Positions 25,548 through 40,310 of a DNA stretch of 64,000 nt are shown here, piece after piece. The stretch lies in assembly GCF_006345805.1 (NCBI RefSeq), contig NC_043005.1, positions 79,112,001-79,176,000 of the forward strand. Direction: 5' to 3'. Source of the stretch: Octopus sinensis (Eukaryota). The notes beneath the pieces were generated by a model. It ran no database searches. It saw only the letters and a list, made by a program, of their open reading frames with translations, and was not told the DNA's origin. The translations under genes were made by a program, and so were the position numbers. Position 1 is the stretch's first letter, and each line of letters opens with the position of its first letter.

Positions 25548-26818
25548 ATCTATACGTCTAGCTCGCAATAGGCAACATTTAGCTTATTTATTTTCAGTCA
25601 AATTTTCCCCTTCCTTTATCTATTATTTGTTATTTGTTACTTCAATTCATTTACTTAGATATGTTTGTTATTTACTTATGTTTTTTTATCTGAAAATTTA
25701 CCTATTTATTTATTGTTTGCTGAACAGAATTCACTGGTTCACAACAGCTTTACTCAAAAAAGGTGACGCTGTAAAACCTTAGATGAATACACAACATTTA
25801 AAAATCTGAGTTTGAAAGCAAAACATATCTTTTATTGATTTAACAGGTCAATCCATTTTGTAAAATTCTATCAATTTTAAACTTTGATTACCATGTTTTA
25901 TTCAAATATATTTTCACACAAATGAAAACACAATGTACAGAATAGAAATTATTTAATATATACCAACGATTCAAATTTATACTACACAAAATAATAATAC
26001 ATTTCAGAAAATATTTTTGTTATTACTATTAGAACTACTCATTTACTAAAGTATATCCGGTAACTTAAGATTGTTAATACACTGGAAAGCATAGTGATGG
26101 GGTTGAAAAGTGGGACAAGAGACATGACTTCTAATGTAGCCTCTGGTTGAATATGGCTTTATGAATGAAGCGAGGTATAAAGGCAAAAGTATGCCAAAGC
26201 ATGTCACATACATATAGAGGTAAGTATAAACCTATGTATTTAGGTGTGGATATTCGGGCCGTTGGCGTCTAAACTGGCAGATTTTAGGAGGCTGCATTAT
26301 AAGGACGAGGATTTCTATTGGAAATGCTTCAGGACGAAAAGCAAATTCCCACAAAGGATGAATGAATTTATTAAAGTCACAAGCCGTCCAAAACCTGGGA
26401 CTGAGAGACGTCTAATCTTTGTTTGGACATCTCTGTAACGAAGGAAAATAATGATGTAACATCTATGCATCCCATAATGTGGACTGGTTTTCCATTTTGG
26501 ATAGATTCGTGTTATCTATAGTGATATTGACTTTGTGCTAAAATTTTTCTTACTTTAAAAAGATTCGGGTACAAGCATTGCTTAATTTTTGATATCTCCG
26601 AACACAGAATCAAAACACAGAATTAAAAAAAAAAGGAAGCTATGTGTGATAAGCTCTCGGAACACGAGCAAAATACAGCTTTCATTCTCGCTACATCTAT
26701 ACAAAAGAAAATAGGTCCTTAGCAGGTTTGAAAAGTTACATCAAGGCTGCTCATATTCAACAGAATAACCAAACAAAGGCATCGCTTGAGGTCAAGTTTC
26801 AAGCATCGTGCATGTAGG

Positions 26819-26867
<49 letters not shown>

Positions 26868-27929
26868 TTGTGTATGTGTTAGTATGGTAGGCTCAAACAT
26901 AAGTAAGCAATACTTATCTTATCATTGTTTATAGCCTAAATCCAAACGAGATATTTCCAATATGATCAACTCACTGAAATATTTGGATAATTTTAGGAAT
27001 ACTAACTGGATTGGATCCATGCACACATACAGAGACACACAGTGACACCATCAAGTCTACATACATACATACATGCATGCATACATATATGCATACATAC
27101 ATGCATGCATGCATACATACATACATGCATGCATGCATGCATACATACATACATACATACATACATACATACATACATACATACATACATACATACATTA
27201 TCCAGATTACTAGGCCAAGATTATACTTGTAATTATTGGTTAGTGGGATATGTACCACACTGCCTAAATTCCAATCATGAGAAATTAAGCTTCTCAAAAC
27301 CAGAAAGGAAAGAGCTAATTCGAAGACTACAGATCCAATCTAGCACTGGAACTATAAAACTTTGTAAAACTTTCCAGAAGTTTATCATTGAAGTACATAA
27401 TAGCATATCTAGATATGCTACTATCTGCATAAGAATACATACACAAATCAGAACATACAAATCTGCACGCATACACACACATACATACATGAATACATAC
27501 ATACATACATACAAACATATATATAGACATACATATGATATAATACAATGTTTGTGTGTACAAATATATGCCTATGCGCATATATGTAAATATATATATG
27601 TGCTTGTCTGAGTATATATATAAATTCAGGCGTTGACGCACAGTACACACAAACACACGTATGTACACACATATACACATATATGTTTTACTTTAGGAAA
27701 TTCACATTGGCAATAAACAAAAGATTAGATTATAATTCACCTCAGATTTGTCACCAAATGATCACTTAATAATCTATTTCATAGTTTACCATTTCCTTAT
27801 TAAATATTTCGTTAAACTGTTCCCATCCAATTCATCGCAGAATGAGACATCAATGACATCATTGTAAATGGCTGAATAAAATCTTAATTTATGTAATGAA
27901 TATGCCGTCAATATTTTATCTTTACTGTT

Positions 27930-28545
<616 letters not shown>

Positions 28546-29739
28546 CCTAAGCAGACAACTTTGCATGCCCCTATTATGAAGTAATTATCTGATTAAGCGA
28601 TTGCGTGATAATAAAACTGACGATACTTAAGTCTGTGGGAGGAGAATCGTTGTTTTACTAAGATACATGTACATGGTGGTGCTGATTATTCAGGTATTAA
28701 ATTCAGTTAAGCTTTTACTGTACTATTTCGTTATCTGAACTTTCATCAAATGATGGTTTTTGCGAAAATGGGATGTGTAAATGTTTTACTCGTAGTTGAG
28801 TTAAGGAGCTTAGTAATGCTATTATATATGCTTATTATATTAATGTTTTCTCTTACAGGTTTGTATTTTGAAAGCCCCCATATCTATTATTATATAGTTG
28901 CTTCTCCACTGGTTTTCCAATTTACTTTTGATACCTTTTATAACAAGTGCACATCATTATGTGTGTAAGAAGACTCTTGTAAGACAACTGGTCTGCCTAC
29001 CTTGATATCACTACAATCAAGCATGGACAGAGTTCTGTCGTCAGACACTAAAAGTTTGTTCTACTTAATAACTCCGAGAAAACCGTGCATGATTGTATAA
29101 TCTATTAGTTCTATAAAGGTGCTTTTAGTGCTATTAATATTATGGTAGAATTTTTATGTTTAGTTTTTGCGCAATGATTACAGAAATAACTTTTGTGTAT
29201 GAAGTGAAAATATTTTCAAATATGTTCTTATATCATCGTAAAGAGAGCCAACGACAGCAATTATCGTTGAAATTTATGTCATTTTTGATGAGGTGTCATT
29301 ATCCACTTTCTGTAAAAGTTGTTCATTTTGGTATTTGTATTCTGTGTTTGTTCGTGATTGTATAAATACATTTTTGCAAGACAATGATATTTTTAAGGGT
29401 CTGGTGCAACGACGTAGCCGCAGCCTTAGACTGGTGGCCCCAGCTGTAACCATATTTATCATGTTTACTTTCATATTTTATTCAATTTTAATTTATCGTG
29501 TATATTTAAGCATTTTTAGACATTAGGATTGAATTTGAGGAAAATTTGGTTGCAGTTTTTTTAAATCTGCACAAGATAAAGCATTGACAACCATGTTAAA
29601 AGGGTATGCATCCGTTAACTAAGGAAAACAAGATAAGATGGCCAGAGCTGAACTATTTCATTTTAGGTAAGCTTGTAAGGGGATGACGTTGAACAGCAAA
29701 AACGACCGGTAATAAGATGTATTAAATAATATAGGTTAG

Positions 29740-30140
29740 AAAAATGATATGGTGACCACTGTTGAAACGCCATTGATCATAATACGCTGGATCATGAATT
29801 ACTGTAAAGTAGTTCACCAACAGTAACAGATTGATGCTTTGAATAATGTAGTTTGCAAAAATAATAGTTAGGAGGGGCATGAGTGTAACCTCGCTGAATT
29901 TAGTTAAGTTCATTTGTGTTGATCTGATTTTAGACAACAAAATGGCAGACATATGTGATGATATTGTCTGAATGGAGAGATAGGTGCTGGCGAATATGTT
30001 GGAACAGGGGTTCAGTCGATGTTCAGGTGTCTTGGCCTAGCTGCGAAAGAGAAAAAAACTTGTTATTCAGAAGTCGCCGAGAAAGCAGTCAACTACATCT
30101 ATGTTTTGCAGCCATATTTTTCAACCATGGACTCCTTTTG
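29740..30140 (+). mobile_element. Possible R2/Hero-like LINE 3' fragment
   Basis: 29974-30140 reads GEIGAGEYVGTGVQSMFRCLGLAAKEKKTCYSEVAEKAVNYIYVLQ, resembling the terminal E(V/I)G.RG...S....LGL motif of REL-endonuclease LINEs. The upstream part is heavily decayed. Confidence 0.45.
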
Positions 30141-31879
30141 ATAGATCATCCTTGCGATTCGATGTTTAAAAATTCATATTATATTTTTATAATAAATATT
30201 ATCAGGTATTATATAAACAGATTAAGTTATTTTGTGTACAGATATAACTAATTTATTGCAAATAAATTTTGATGTTAAGCATCCATCTGACCTCCAAGAG
30301 TCATATGCATCCTGGTTGAGAACAACTGCACTACATCTAGCGCAAGAAAGAGGACGAGTGTTGCAGTAAAAGTGAGCATGGGGAATGGTAGAACATCTAG
30401 TCGAAAGTCGGAACACCTATCGCAATGGGCTTGTGCTGTTATGCGGGAGTTTGTTCTCCTTTACCAGTGGCTGGCCCCGGGCAGTTGAAGTGTTGCAGTG
30501 GAAGGGGCTGAAACACTGACATAGTTATTTTACTGCCTTATGAGACAGCGACACTAATTTTCGGAGACAGAATACAGTAGCACCTATCGCATATACGCGT
30601 TACCCTAAATGCAAATACATTAGATAATATTGTCTGAAGCAGAGGACAGAAACGGTACGGCCATGGATGTTATGCCGTTGATGATGGAGTGCTGTCCATG
30701 ACCATGGGTTAAATAACAATCATTTCCCACAGCAGAAACAACAGCAATAACAGCAAAGACAACAACGACAGCAGCAAGAGTGACATACTGGCTAATGTAC
30801 TCTGAAAACTAAAAATAAAAGACAAACAGCGTAATGTTCGCAGCTGGAGAGGTATTGATCCTAAAACCATTCATTTAGAATTGACCTTGGTCTAAACAAC
30901 AACAAAAGGAAAGGCACAGATCGAAACCGTCTCCCTTTCAAAGCTAACCCAACACTGTTCGCCTTTTCATAACGTTTATGGCTTAACCCACCCAACCACT
31001 AGCCTCGTCATACAAAAAGAAGGCGCAATCTTCTAATTACCTTGTTTGCTTTCATTTCCTCGCCACTGAAAGCATTACCATTATACGCGTCGCTTATTTT
31101 ATCAGCATCTTTTCGCTAAACAAAGTGATGATTCTTCATTGCTAATTCCAGTTTACGGTTTATTTAGTGCTGGCCTAATTTGATTGTAATATTGGCGATG
31201 TATGTGTGAGTGACTAGTGATGTATGGACGGTATGTATGAGCGTGTTGGTGTATATGCACACATATGTATGTACGAATGAGAATGTATTAGAGTCTGTTA
31301 ATGTGACTGCGGTAGTTATACAGCAGTGTGCATGTGCGAGTGCATATATGCATGTCTGTGCGTGCGTGTGCCTAAATATGCATATATATGAGTGTGCAGG
31401 TGCGTTTGTGTGTGTATGTGTATGTGAATGATTTTGTGAAAGAAACTATGAGACTGTGTTTGTGTTTGGCTGTGGATAAATGCTTGTAGGCGATATCACA
31501 CGGGTGTGTGAATGTGTGGATATGTGTGTGTGTATGTGCGTGTGCGTGTCTGCGCGTGTATCGTGTGAGTGCATATATGTGCATGTATGTATGTCTGCAT
31601 GGATATGAGTGTGTGAGTGTGTTGACGTTTTTATATGTATTTGTGTGTGAATACATTAATGTGTGCATGTGAGAATTTGCATCTGTATATGTGCGAGTAA
31701 TTATGCGTGATTATGTGTTTCAATGAGCAAGTGAAAATACATACATGTGTGTGTGTATGTGTGCTTGCGTGCATATGTATGTGTGCGTGCGTGGCGGTGT
31801 CTGAAGCAATATCTGTTAGTGTGAGCTTACGTAATATCGCATTTTGTAGGTGCGTGTCTCTGGGCATATGTTCAACCGT

Positions 31880-32109
31880 GAGCGTCTACGTGTGAATTTG
31901 TGAATGTAAATGCCCATGTATATATATATATACATATATATATATAGTTACATATACATATATATATACATTATACATATAGATATATACATATACATAT
32001 ATATACATGCATATGCATATATATATATACATATACATATATATATATATATATATATAAATATACATATACATATATGTATATATATATATATGTATAT
32101 ATAAATACA

Positions 32110-32162
<53 letters not shown>

Positions 32163-32805
32163 TGTCTGTGTATATATCACGTGGCATATGTAAGTATAAA
32201 CATGAGTCTATGCATAAGCGTATGTATGTGTTTGTGTTTGTGTGTGTGTGTGTGTATCAGTAGTTCTATGTCTATGTATTGTGTGTATATGTTTCTGTAT
32301 GTATCTGCTGTATGTCTGGATGCCGAAGCAATAGTGAGGTATAATTGATATGGCAAGTTCGCAATAAATTTCTACTTGCTGCGTGCGAAAAGACAACACA
32401 AACAAAACAAAACAAAACGAAACAAAAAATTACAAAAAAAAAACATATATGAACGTCTACACAAGTTTAGCTGAACTAAATAACTATAACAAATATGGCG
32501 ACAAAAAACAACAGACAGCATAAAAAAAGAAACAAACAAATTAAACTAAACAAGCGCAAGCATAATAGCGTACGCAGCTATGTTTTTCGATTCTATACAC
32601 ATTGTCATCGACATTTCCCAAGTACTCTGTTTTATCACATGTGCTGCAGAGTAACGTGCTAAAGTATACTGTGAAAAGAAGAAAAGATAGCAAAGAAAAT
32701 AAAATGGAGGAAATAAGTTAAGAAAATAGAAAATAATAATATATCGCGTGGTTGTAAATTATAATACGACCATACATACAATGATATACATACATAGAGA
32801 CACAC

Positions 32806-32851
<46 letters not shown>

Positions 32852-32855
32852 ATGC

Positions 32856-32891
<36 letters not shown>

Positions 32892-33486
32892 GCATATAAT
32901 ATATATATATATATATTATATATATATATATATGTATATATATATTTATACACTTATGTATATATATGTGTGTATACATATATGTATATATATATGCATA
33001 TATGTATATATATATGTGTGTATGTATATATATATATATATATATATGCATGTATATATACATGTATATATATATATGCATATATATATATATATATGTA
33101 TATATATATTTATGCATGTATATATACATATATACATGTATATATCTATACATGTATATATACATATATACATACATAAATATATATATATTCATACTCA
33201 CATATATATGTATGTATGTATGTGTATATATTCATATATCTTTGTATGTAAGCATGTATACGTAAATAGATATAAGTACATACGTATACAATTGCATGCT
33301 TGTACATATATTTATGCTTTTAGTTGTAAACGCATCTATGAAAGTATATATGTTACATCTATGAAAGTATATATGTATATATAATATATACATGTGTATA
33401 TACATTGTATATATGTATATACACTTATGTATATATATGGGTGTATATATATGTATATATAAAAATGCATATATGTATATATATAG

Positions 33487-33539
<53 letters not shown>

Positions 33540-33570
33540 TACATATACACACATACACACGCATATGTAT
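31880..33570. repeat. Large degenerate (TA)/(TACA) microsatellite tracts (31900-32170, 32810-33570)
   Basis: Direct reading. Confidence 0.93.
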
Positions 33571-33619
33571 ATGAATAAATGTTTCAATATAAACAAAGAA
33601 ACGAAAGTTATCGCATATT

Positions 33620-34480
33620 GTAAATGAAGAAAAGTTTTAGTAGATAGGCGAAACTAGAAGACGGGGAGGAAGAACGGGAGAAGGAAGAGGAGAAAGTGAA
33701 AGAGAAGGAGGTAAAAGAAGCAAGTGAGGAGGAGGAAGACAAAAGTTAGAAGTGAAAGAGGAAAAAATAAAAGGAAAGTGAAGAGAATAATGAGGAGATA
33801 GAGGAGGAGGCTAAGAAACTAAACTAAGAGATGAAAAAGAAAGAAAGTGAGAAAAGGAAGACGGAGAAGAAGAAGACATAGAAAAATAGAAAAGGGTAAG
33901 AACATGAAGACGAGAAAGGAAAAGAAAAAGAAAGAGAAGAAAGAAGAAGAAGAAGAAGAAGAAGAAGAAGAAGAAGAAGAAGAAGAAGAAGAAGAAGAAG
34001 AAGAAGAAGAAGAAGAAGAGAAGAAAAAGAAGGGGAGAAGAAGAAGGACGCAAATGTGAAAATGAAAAGGAAGAAGATGAAGTTGAGGTAGAAGTGGAAG
34101 AAAAAGGAAAACGAAAGAAGAATATGAAGAAGAAGAAAAAGAAGGAAAAGGAAAATAAGAACAAAGAAAATGAAGAAGAGAGAAGAGGAGGAGGAGGAGG
34201 AGGAGGAAGAAGGAAAAGAAGAAGAAGAAATGGAAGACGATGAAGATAGCGGTGTAGGAGGAGGTGAAGAAGAATACGAAGACCTACAACACTACTACTA
34301 CACCACCACCACCACCGCCACCACTAGCACCACCACCGCCACCACCATAACCATCACCACCGCAACCGGCAACAACAACAACAACCACAAACACTACAAC
34401 AACAGCAACTACAAGAACAACAACAGCAACTACAAGAACAACAGCGGCAACAATTATAACAAATACTGGAACAAGGAAAA
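33620..34480. repeat. Purine-rich (GAA)/(GAG) tract followed by (CAC)/(CAA) repeats
   Basis: Direct reading; source of the poly-Glu, poly-Thr and poly-Asn ORFs. Confidence 0.93.
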
Positions 34481-34631
34481 AAAAAACATGGAAGGTAAGT
34501 TTGCAAATAAATTTTTGATTTATTTGTTGTGGAGGTATTTGTACCACAATATTTCCTCTTTCTTTCTATATTTGTATGTGTCTTATCTTTTATTCTTCTG
34601 TCGAAAATACAACATACATACATGCATACAT

Positions 34632-34718
<87 letters not shown>

Positions 34719-35089
34719 TATATATATATATATATACATATATACATATATATGCTAAATAATAATGGCGTTGTTTGTTGTTATTATTGCTCTTGTTAAG
34801 AGACGTTATTGTTTAGTTTTGTTCTTCGTTATATTTTTTATTTATTGGCGTTAATTTTCTTTTTTCCTTTTTTTTTTCCTTTGCAATGCTTCGTCGTAGA
34901 TGTAAAGCAAAAAAAAATGCAAAAAACAAAAGAGAAACACACTCACACACAAACAAAATATACTATTTGCATTCATGTGTTTGTACCTTGACTTTTCTTT
35001 CTTTTTTAATGTTATCGTTGTCATTATGTGAACTCTTAAAATTCAGTTCAGGTGTATTTGAAGAATGATGGTTGCTGTTACATTGTAGC

Positions 35090-35191
35090 ATATTATATAA
35101 TATGTATGTATATGTATATATATATATATATAATATATATTATATATATATATATATATATACATATATATAATATACATAATATATATAC

Positions 35192-35223
<32 letters not shown>

Positions 35224-35232
35224 TATATATAC

Positions 35233-35277
<45 letters not shown>

Positions 35278-35281
35278 CATA

Positions 35282-35344
<63 letters not shown>

Positions 35345-35519
35345 CATATATATATATACATATATATATACATATATAATATATATACATATATATATAT
35401 ACATATATATATATATAACATATATATATATATATACATAATATATATATATACATATATATATATTATACCATCTATATATATACATATATATATATAT
35501 ACATATATATATATTACAC

Positions 35520-35584
<65 letters not shown>

Positions 35585-35632
35585 CATATATATATTATAT
35601 ATACATATATTATATATACAATATATATATAC

Positions 35633-35679
<47 letters not shown>

Positions 35680-35710
35680 CATATATATATACATACATAT
35701 ATATATATAC

Positions 35711-35745
<35 letters not shown>

Positions 35746-35763
35746 CATATTATATATATATAC

Positions 35764-35794
<31 letters not shown>

Positions 35795-35804
35795 CATAAT
35801 ATAT

Positions 35805-35846
<42 letters not shown>

Positions 35847-35847
35847 C

Positions 35848-35891
<44 letters not shown>

Positions 35892-35892
35892 C

Positions 35893-35931
<39 letters not shown>

Positions 35932-35983
35932 AATATATATATATATACATATATATTATACATATATATACATATATATATAC

Positions 35984-36018
<35 letters not shown>

Positions 36019-36096
36019 CTATATATATACATATATATATACATATATATACATATATATATACAATATATATACATATATATACATATATATAAC

Positions 36097-36131
<35 letters not shown>

Positions 36132-36145
36132 CATATATATATACT
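35090..36145. repeat. About 1 kb degenerate (TA)n/(TACATA) microsatellite
   Basis: Direct reading; it forms the left flank of the long LINE. Confidence 0.96.
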
Positions 36146-36535
36146 TCCTCCACACCACCCTCTCTGTCCCTTTACTTCACTCCTGGTACCTCTATCCTGC
36201 CCTCTCTCTCTCTCCCTCCTCCATTTCCATCTCTCTCTTCCTCTCCATTTTATCTCTCCGCCTTTCTTCTCCCTGCCCCCCCTAGGGTCCACCCTCTTGT
36301 CTCACTTTTCCACCCTGTCCCTTTCTACTACACCTCTATCCCGCTCACTCTCCCCCTGCTGACCTGCCATTCTCTCACCTTTCTCTTTTTCCCTATATTT
36401 TCTCTCTTTCTCTCTTCTCTCAGGAAAATCCCTCGTCTCTCTCTCTATCCCCCCCTGGCTTTCTCCTTTCTCTTCTCCCTCTCCATATCTCTCCTTCTCT
36501 ATCTCTCTCTCTGTTCCTATATTCACTAGAAGAAA

Positions 36536-37380
36536 ATGGCAAGAAACTGGTCTGCGAGAGAGGTGCAATGTTCGTCCGCGCTTGGAAGATCGCTGAGGAC
36601 GACTCGCCGAACGAAATTATTGCTGCGGCGCTGAAAAGCAACAATTTTTCGAGAACCACCGCCCAGATAGAGCGAAAGAAGAGAGAAGTTATCCGTTCGT
36701 ACGCTCTAATCAGGCAACATATGGACACCCTGGACATCATCCTGGGAGGTGACGGCAGCAGGGAGGGCCAAAAGGATGAGGAAAGCATCCAGAGCCAAAT
36801 GGAGAAGCCTGGAACAAAGGGAAACGATGACACATGTCCAGCTTCCAACACCACAACTGAAGACCAAAGAGGTGCGATGGCCGCAAGAAAGGAAAGGCAC
36901 CCTGGAATTGATGGGAAGCAGGAGGTAAAGGGTGACAGAATCAAGGCTAAAGGAAGCCCTGTCCAGAGAAAGCAGAGGGACCCCAGCAAAAAAACTGTAA
37001 GGGCAGGGAAAGAAACACCTGCAAATTCTACCTGAGGGGGGACTGCTGGTACGGCGTTGAAGGTGCAAACTGTCGCTTTGCACATCGGAGGCCCTACCAA
37101 AACCGCACGGACGCGAGAGACAGGTCCCTCCCTCAGGGAGAACAAAAACAAAAACAAAAGTTAAAAGAAGGGAAAAAAGCGCACTGACCACTACTGAAAG
37201 ACGGTATGCAGATGTGGTGCGCGGGGAAACCCAACAGGTGGCCAGCTTCACCCAGATGTGAGAAAGGCGGCAGCTGAACAGCAGTCTTTTTTGTGCATGG
37301 CACAAAAAATTGTTCAGCAGCTGACCTGGCTACAAGCACAAAGCTGGAACTACCACCACATAAGGCCACCTCCAACAGAT
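36536..37380 (+). pseudogene. LINE ORF1 remnant: Myb/SANT-like N-terminus, charged linker, CCCH zinc finger(s)
   Basis: ATG at 36536 gives MARNWSAREV, then a 1-nt frameshift into ORF 36568..37035. CKFYLRGDCWYGVEGANCRFAH (37020-37085) is C-x7-C-x8-C-x3-H. Further Cys/His remnants run to about 37370. Confidence 0.7.
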
Positions 37381-37385
37381 GCAGG

Positions 37386-40310
37386 ATGGCCACCACAGAC
37401 ACCAACACCAACACACACACCACAAAAATATTTCTACTGAATGTAGGAGGGCTGCTGCGCGGAAACTGTAAAAAGAAAATTTCATTCCTGAGAGACCTTG
37501 TGACATGCAATCAAGCTATATGCATGGCACTCACAGAAACGCATCTTGAACCCGAATAGGTGATGCAGAAATACACATGCCGCAATATGCAGTCATACGC
37601 ACAGATAGAAAAGGGAGGAGCCATGGTGGAGTTGCAATGTACATCCGAGATGACCTCATGCCCCAGGTCCTGCTGTCATATTCAAACTCAGTATGTGAAA
37701 CTCAAATTGTACACATAAGACAACTGAATATCGTCATATGCACTACATATCGCCCACCAGACGCCCCAAAACACTCAGGCATGTTTGAAGACTGCCTAAC
37801 AAAAATAGGAGAAGTCCTCACCAACCTTGAACAGCACAACAGTGTATTCTTCATGGGTGACTTTAACCTCCCCAATGTGGAATGGCCTGGGGGGCAGATG
37901 CTCCCAGGGATGACACACACCATCAGCAGGCACAGGTGGAGTCCCTGCTCCATCTCACAAATACCTCTTTCATGGAGCAAATAGTTCTGCAACCAACAAG
38001 GGCAGATAATATACTGGATCTCTGCTTTAAAAACAATATGGATATTATCCATAATGTTAATGTGATGCCGACAATGATCTCGGATCACAACATAATAGAG
38101 CTGTCTATGTATGGAACAAAAGCCCCCGCAGACACACAGCCTATACGAAGCACCCACCATCTCTCCAACTTAAACTTTCATAAAGCCAACTGGAAGTCGA
38201 TTGAGAAAGAGATCCTCAAACAGGATTGGCCTGAATGTCTCTCCACACCGGACATAAACATGAAACACAAACACTTCATGTCCATAATACAAGCCATATG
38301 TGACAAATATGTCCCAATGTGCAGGGCCAGCACACACAAGAATAAAACAGGATCCCTAGAGAAAGGAGGATTCTTATGAGACGACGGACAAGGATTGCAA
38401 ACCGCCTGAGCAAGCACACCAAAAGTGGTGAGAAGTCTCGGCTCGAAAGAATGCTAATGGAAACTGAGAAAAGTCTACATCAGTCCCATGAAAAGGAGAG
38501 AGCAGATAAAGAAGCTTGGGTAATAGAAAATATAAAATCAAACCCTAAAGCTTTCTTTAAGTTTGCCAAAGAGACAGCCACAGTGCACCAGAGAATAGGA
38601 CCTCTCTTCCAAAAAGATGGCTCTCTCACAGGAAATCCCACGAGGATAAGTGAAATACTGAACGAACAGTTCCAAAGTGTGTTCACAACACCTCTAGGAC
38701 ACAGGCAAGTAAACAACCCAGAAGAATTCTTTGCCACTTTACCAGCGGCCAAAGAGACAAAAATTGAGTACATCAACATCGAAGAAGATGATATCACACT
38801 AGCCATTGATGAGATTGACACAAACTCAGCTGCTGGACCTGATGGATTTCCAGCGATCCTTCTCAAATCGTGCAAACGAGCCCTTGCAAAACCGCTACAG
38901 CTTCTTTTTCAGAGCTTTCTTGCAAGTGGTAAGCTCCCAGTCAAACTGAAAGAGGGGGTAATATGCCCTATCCATAAGGGAGGTAGCAGAGCAGATGCTA
39001 AAAATTATAGGCCTATCTCTCTGACCTCACACATCAGCAAGTCATGGAACGAATAGTCCGTAAGAAACTAATCATGTTCCTTGAAGAAAATGACTTACTG
39101 TCTGACACCCAGCATGGATTTCGACCAGGTAGAGGCTGCCTAACACAGCTCCTGCAGCACTATGACTGGGGTTGAAACAGCTACTAAATGGCTCAAATGT
39201 GGATGTAATATATCTTGACTTTGCAAAAGCCTTTGATAAAGTCGACCATGGTATGATCTGTCATAAACTGCGTGGTCTCGGCATAGGCGGGAAACTTGGA
39301 GAGTGGCTGCACAACTTCCTAAAAGACAGAAAACAGGCAGTTGTGAGCAATGGAGCCACCTCCAGGGAAACGCAATAACAAGCGGTGTCCCACAGGGCAC
39401 TGTCTTGGGGCCACTGATGTTCATAGTGGCCCTTTCAGACATGCCTTCAGTTGCTACGATGACCACCCTTGCTAGCTATGCAGATGACACAAAGGTCTCC
39501 CACGCAATACAGAACCCTGAAAATATTGCGCATCTGCAACATGAGCTGGAACAATATACAGGTGGGCTGAGGACAACAACATGCAGTTTAATGCAGGTAA
39601 GTTCCAGGCCCTGCGCTACTGGCACACAAAGGTAAATGACGTGAAGACTGGATACATGGCCCAGGAAGAATTGCAATCCCTGAGTCAAAATCAGTGCGTG
39701 ACCTGGGCATTGACATGAGCAATGATGCATCTTTCCAAATGCATATTGCTAATCTGGTGATAAAATGCAGACGGCTAGCTGGATGGATTCTCCGAACTTT
39801 CAGAACAAGAGAGAAGGAGACACTGATGGTCCTATGAAAAACATTTGTCCTCAGCCGCTTGGACTACTGCTCCCAACTTTGGTCACCACACAATATAAAA
39901 CAAACAGCAGAACTTGAAGCAACTCAGAGAAGCTACACAAAGAAAATCGTCTCAATGCAAAATGTCAGCTACTGGGAAAGACTGAAGGTATTAAACCTCT
40001 TCTCCCTGGAGCGGAGGCGGGAGAGATATGCAGTAATATACATCTGGAAAATCCTGGAGGGTCTTATCCCAAACTTTGGCATTCAAAGTTACTCCAACCG
40101 CAGAACGGGGCGCCGCTGCGTGGTGCCAAGGATTCCAACATCACCATCAAAATACAGGTCCAGATACTGCAACAGCTGGGTTTCAGAGGACCACAGCTTT
40201 TCAACATCCTCCCTAAATGCCTGAGAGACTTACATGGTGTGGATGTGGGTTTCTTTAAAACTAAACTGGATCTCTTCTTGTTGGAAGTCCCAGATGAACC
40301 TACCTCACGA
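37386..40310 (+). pseudogene. LINE ORF2 remnant (AP endonuclease + reverse transcriptase), with multiple frameshifts and stops
   Basis: Pieced together from ORFs 37293..37559, 37577..37984, 37882..38379, 38376..39056, 39172..39378, 39303..39635 and 39859..40224. Confidence 0.92.

Noticed and set aside
28845-28968. Strong acceptor TTTTCTCTTACAG|G followed by a short frame
   Set aside because: There is no donor and no recognisable peptide, and such acceptors are common in T-rich DNA.
36420-37510. Long minus-strand ORFs (245, 199 and 125 aa)
   Set aside because: They are antisense shadows of LINE ORF1 in GC-richer sequence.
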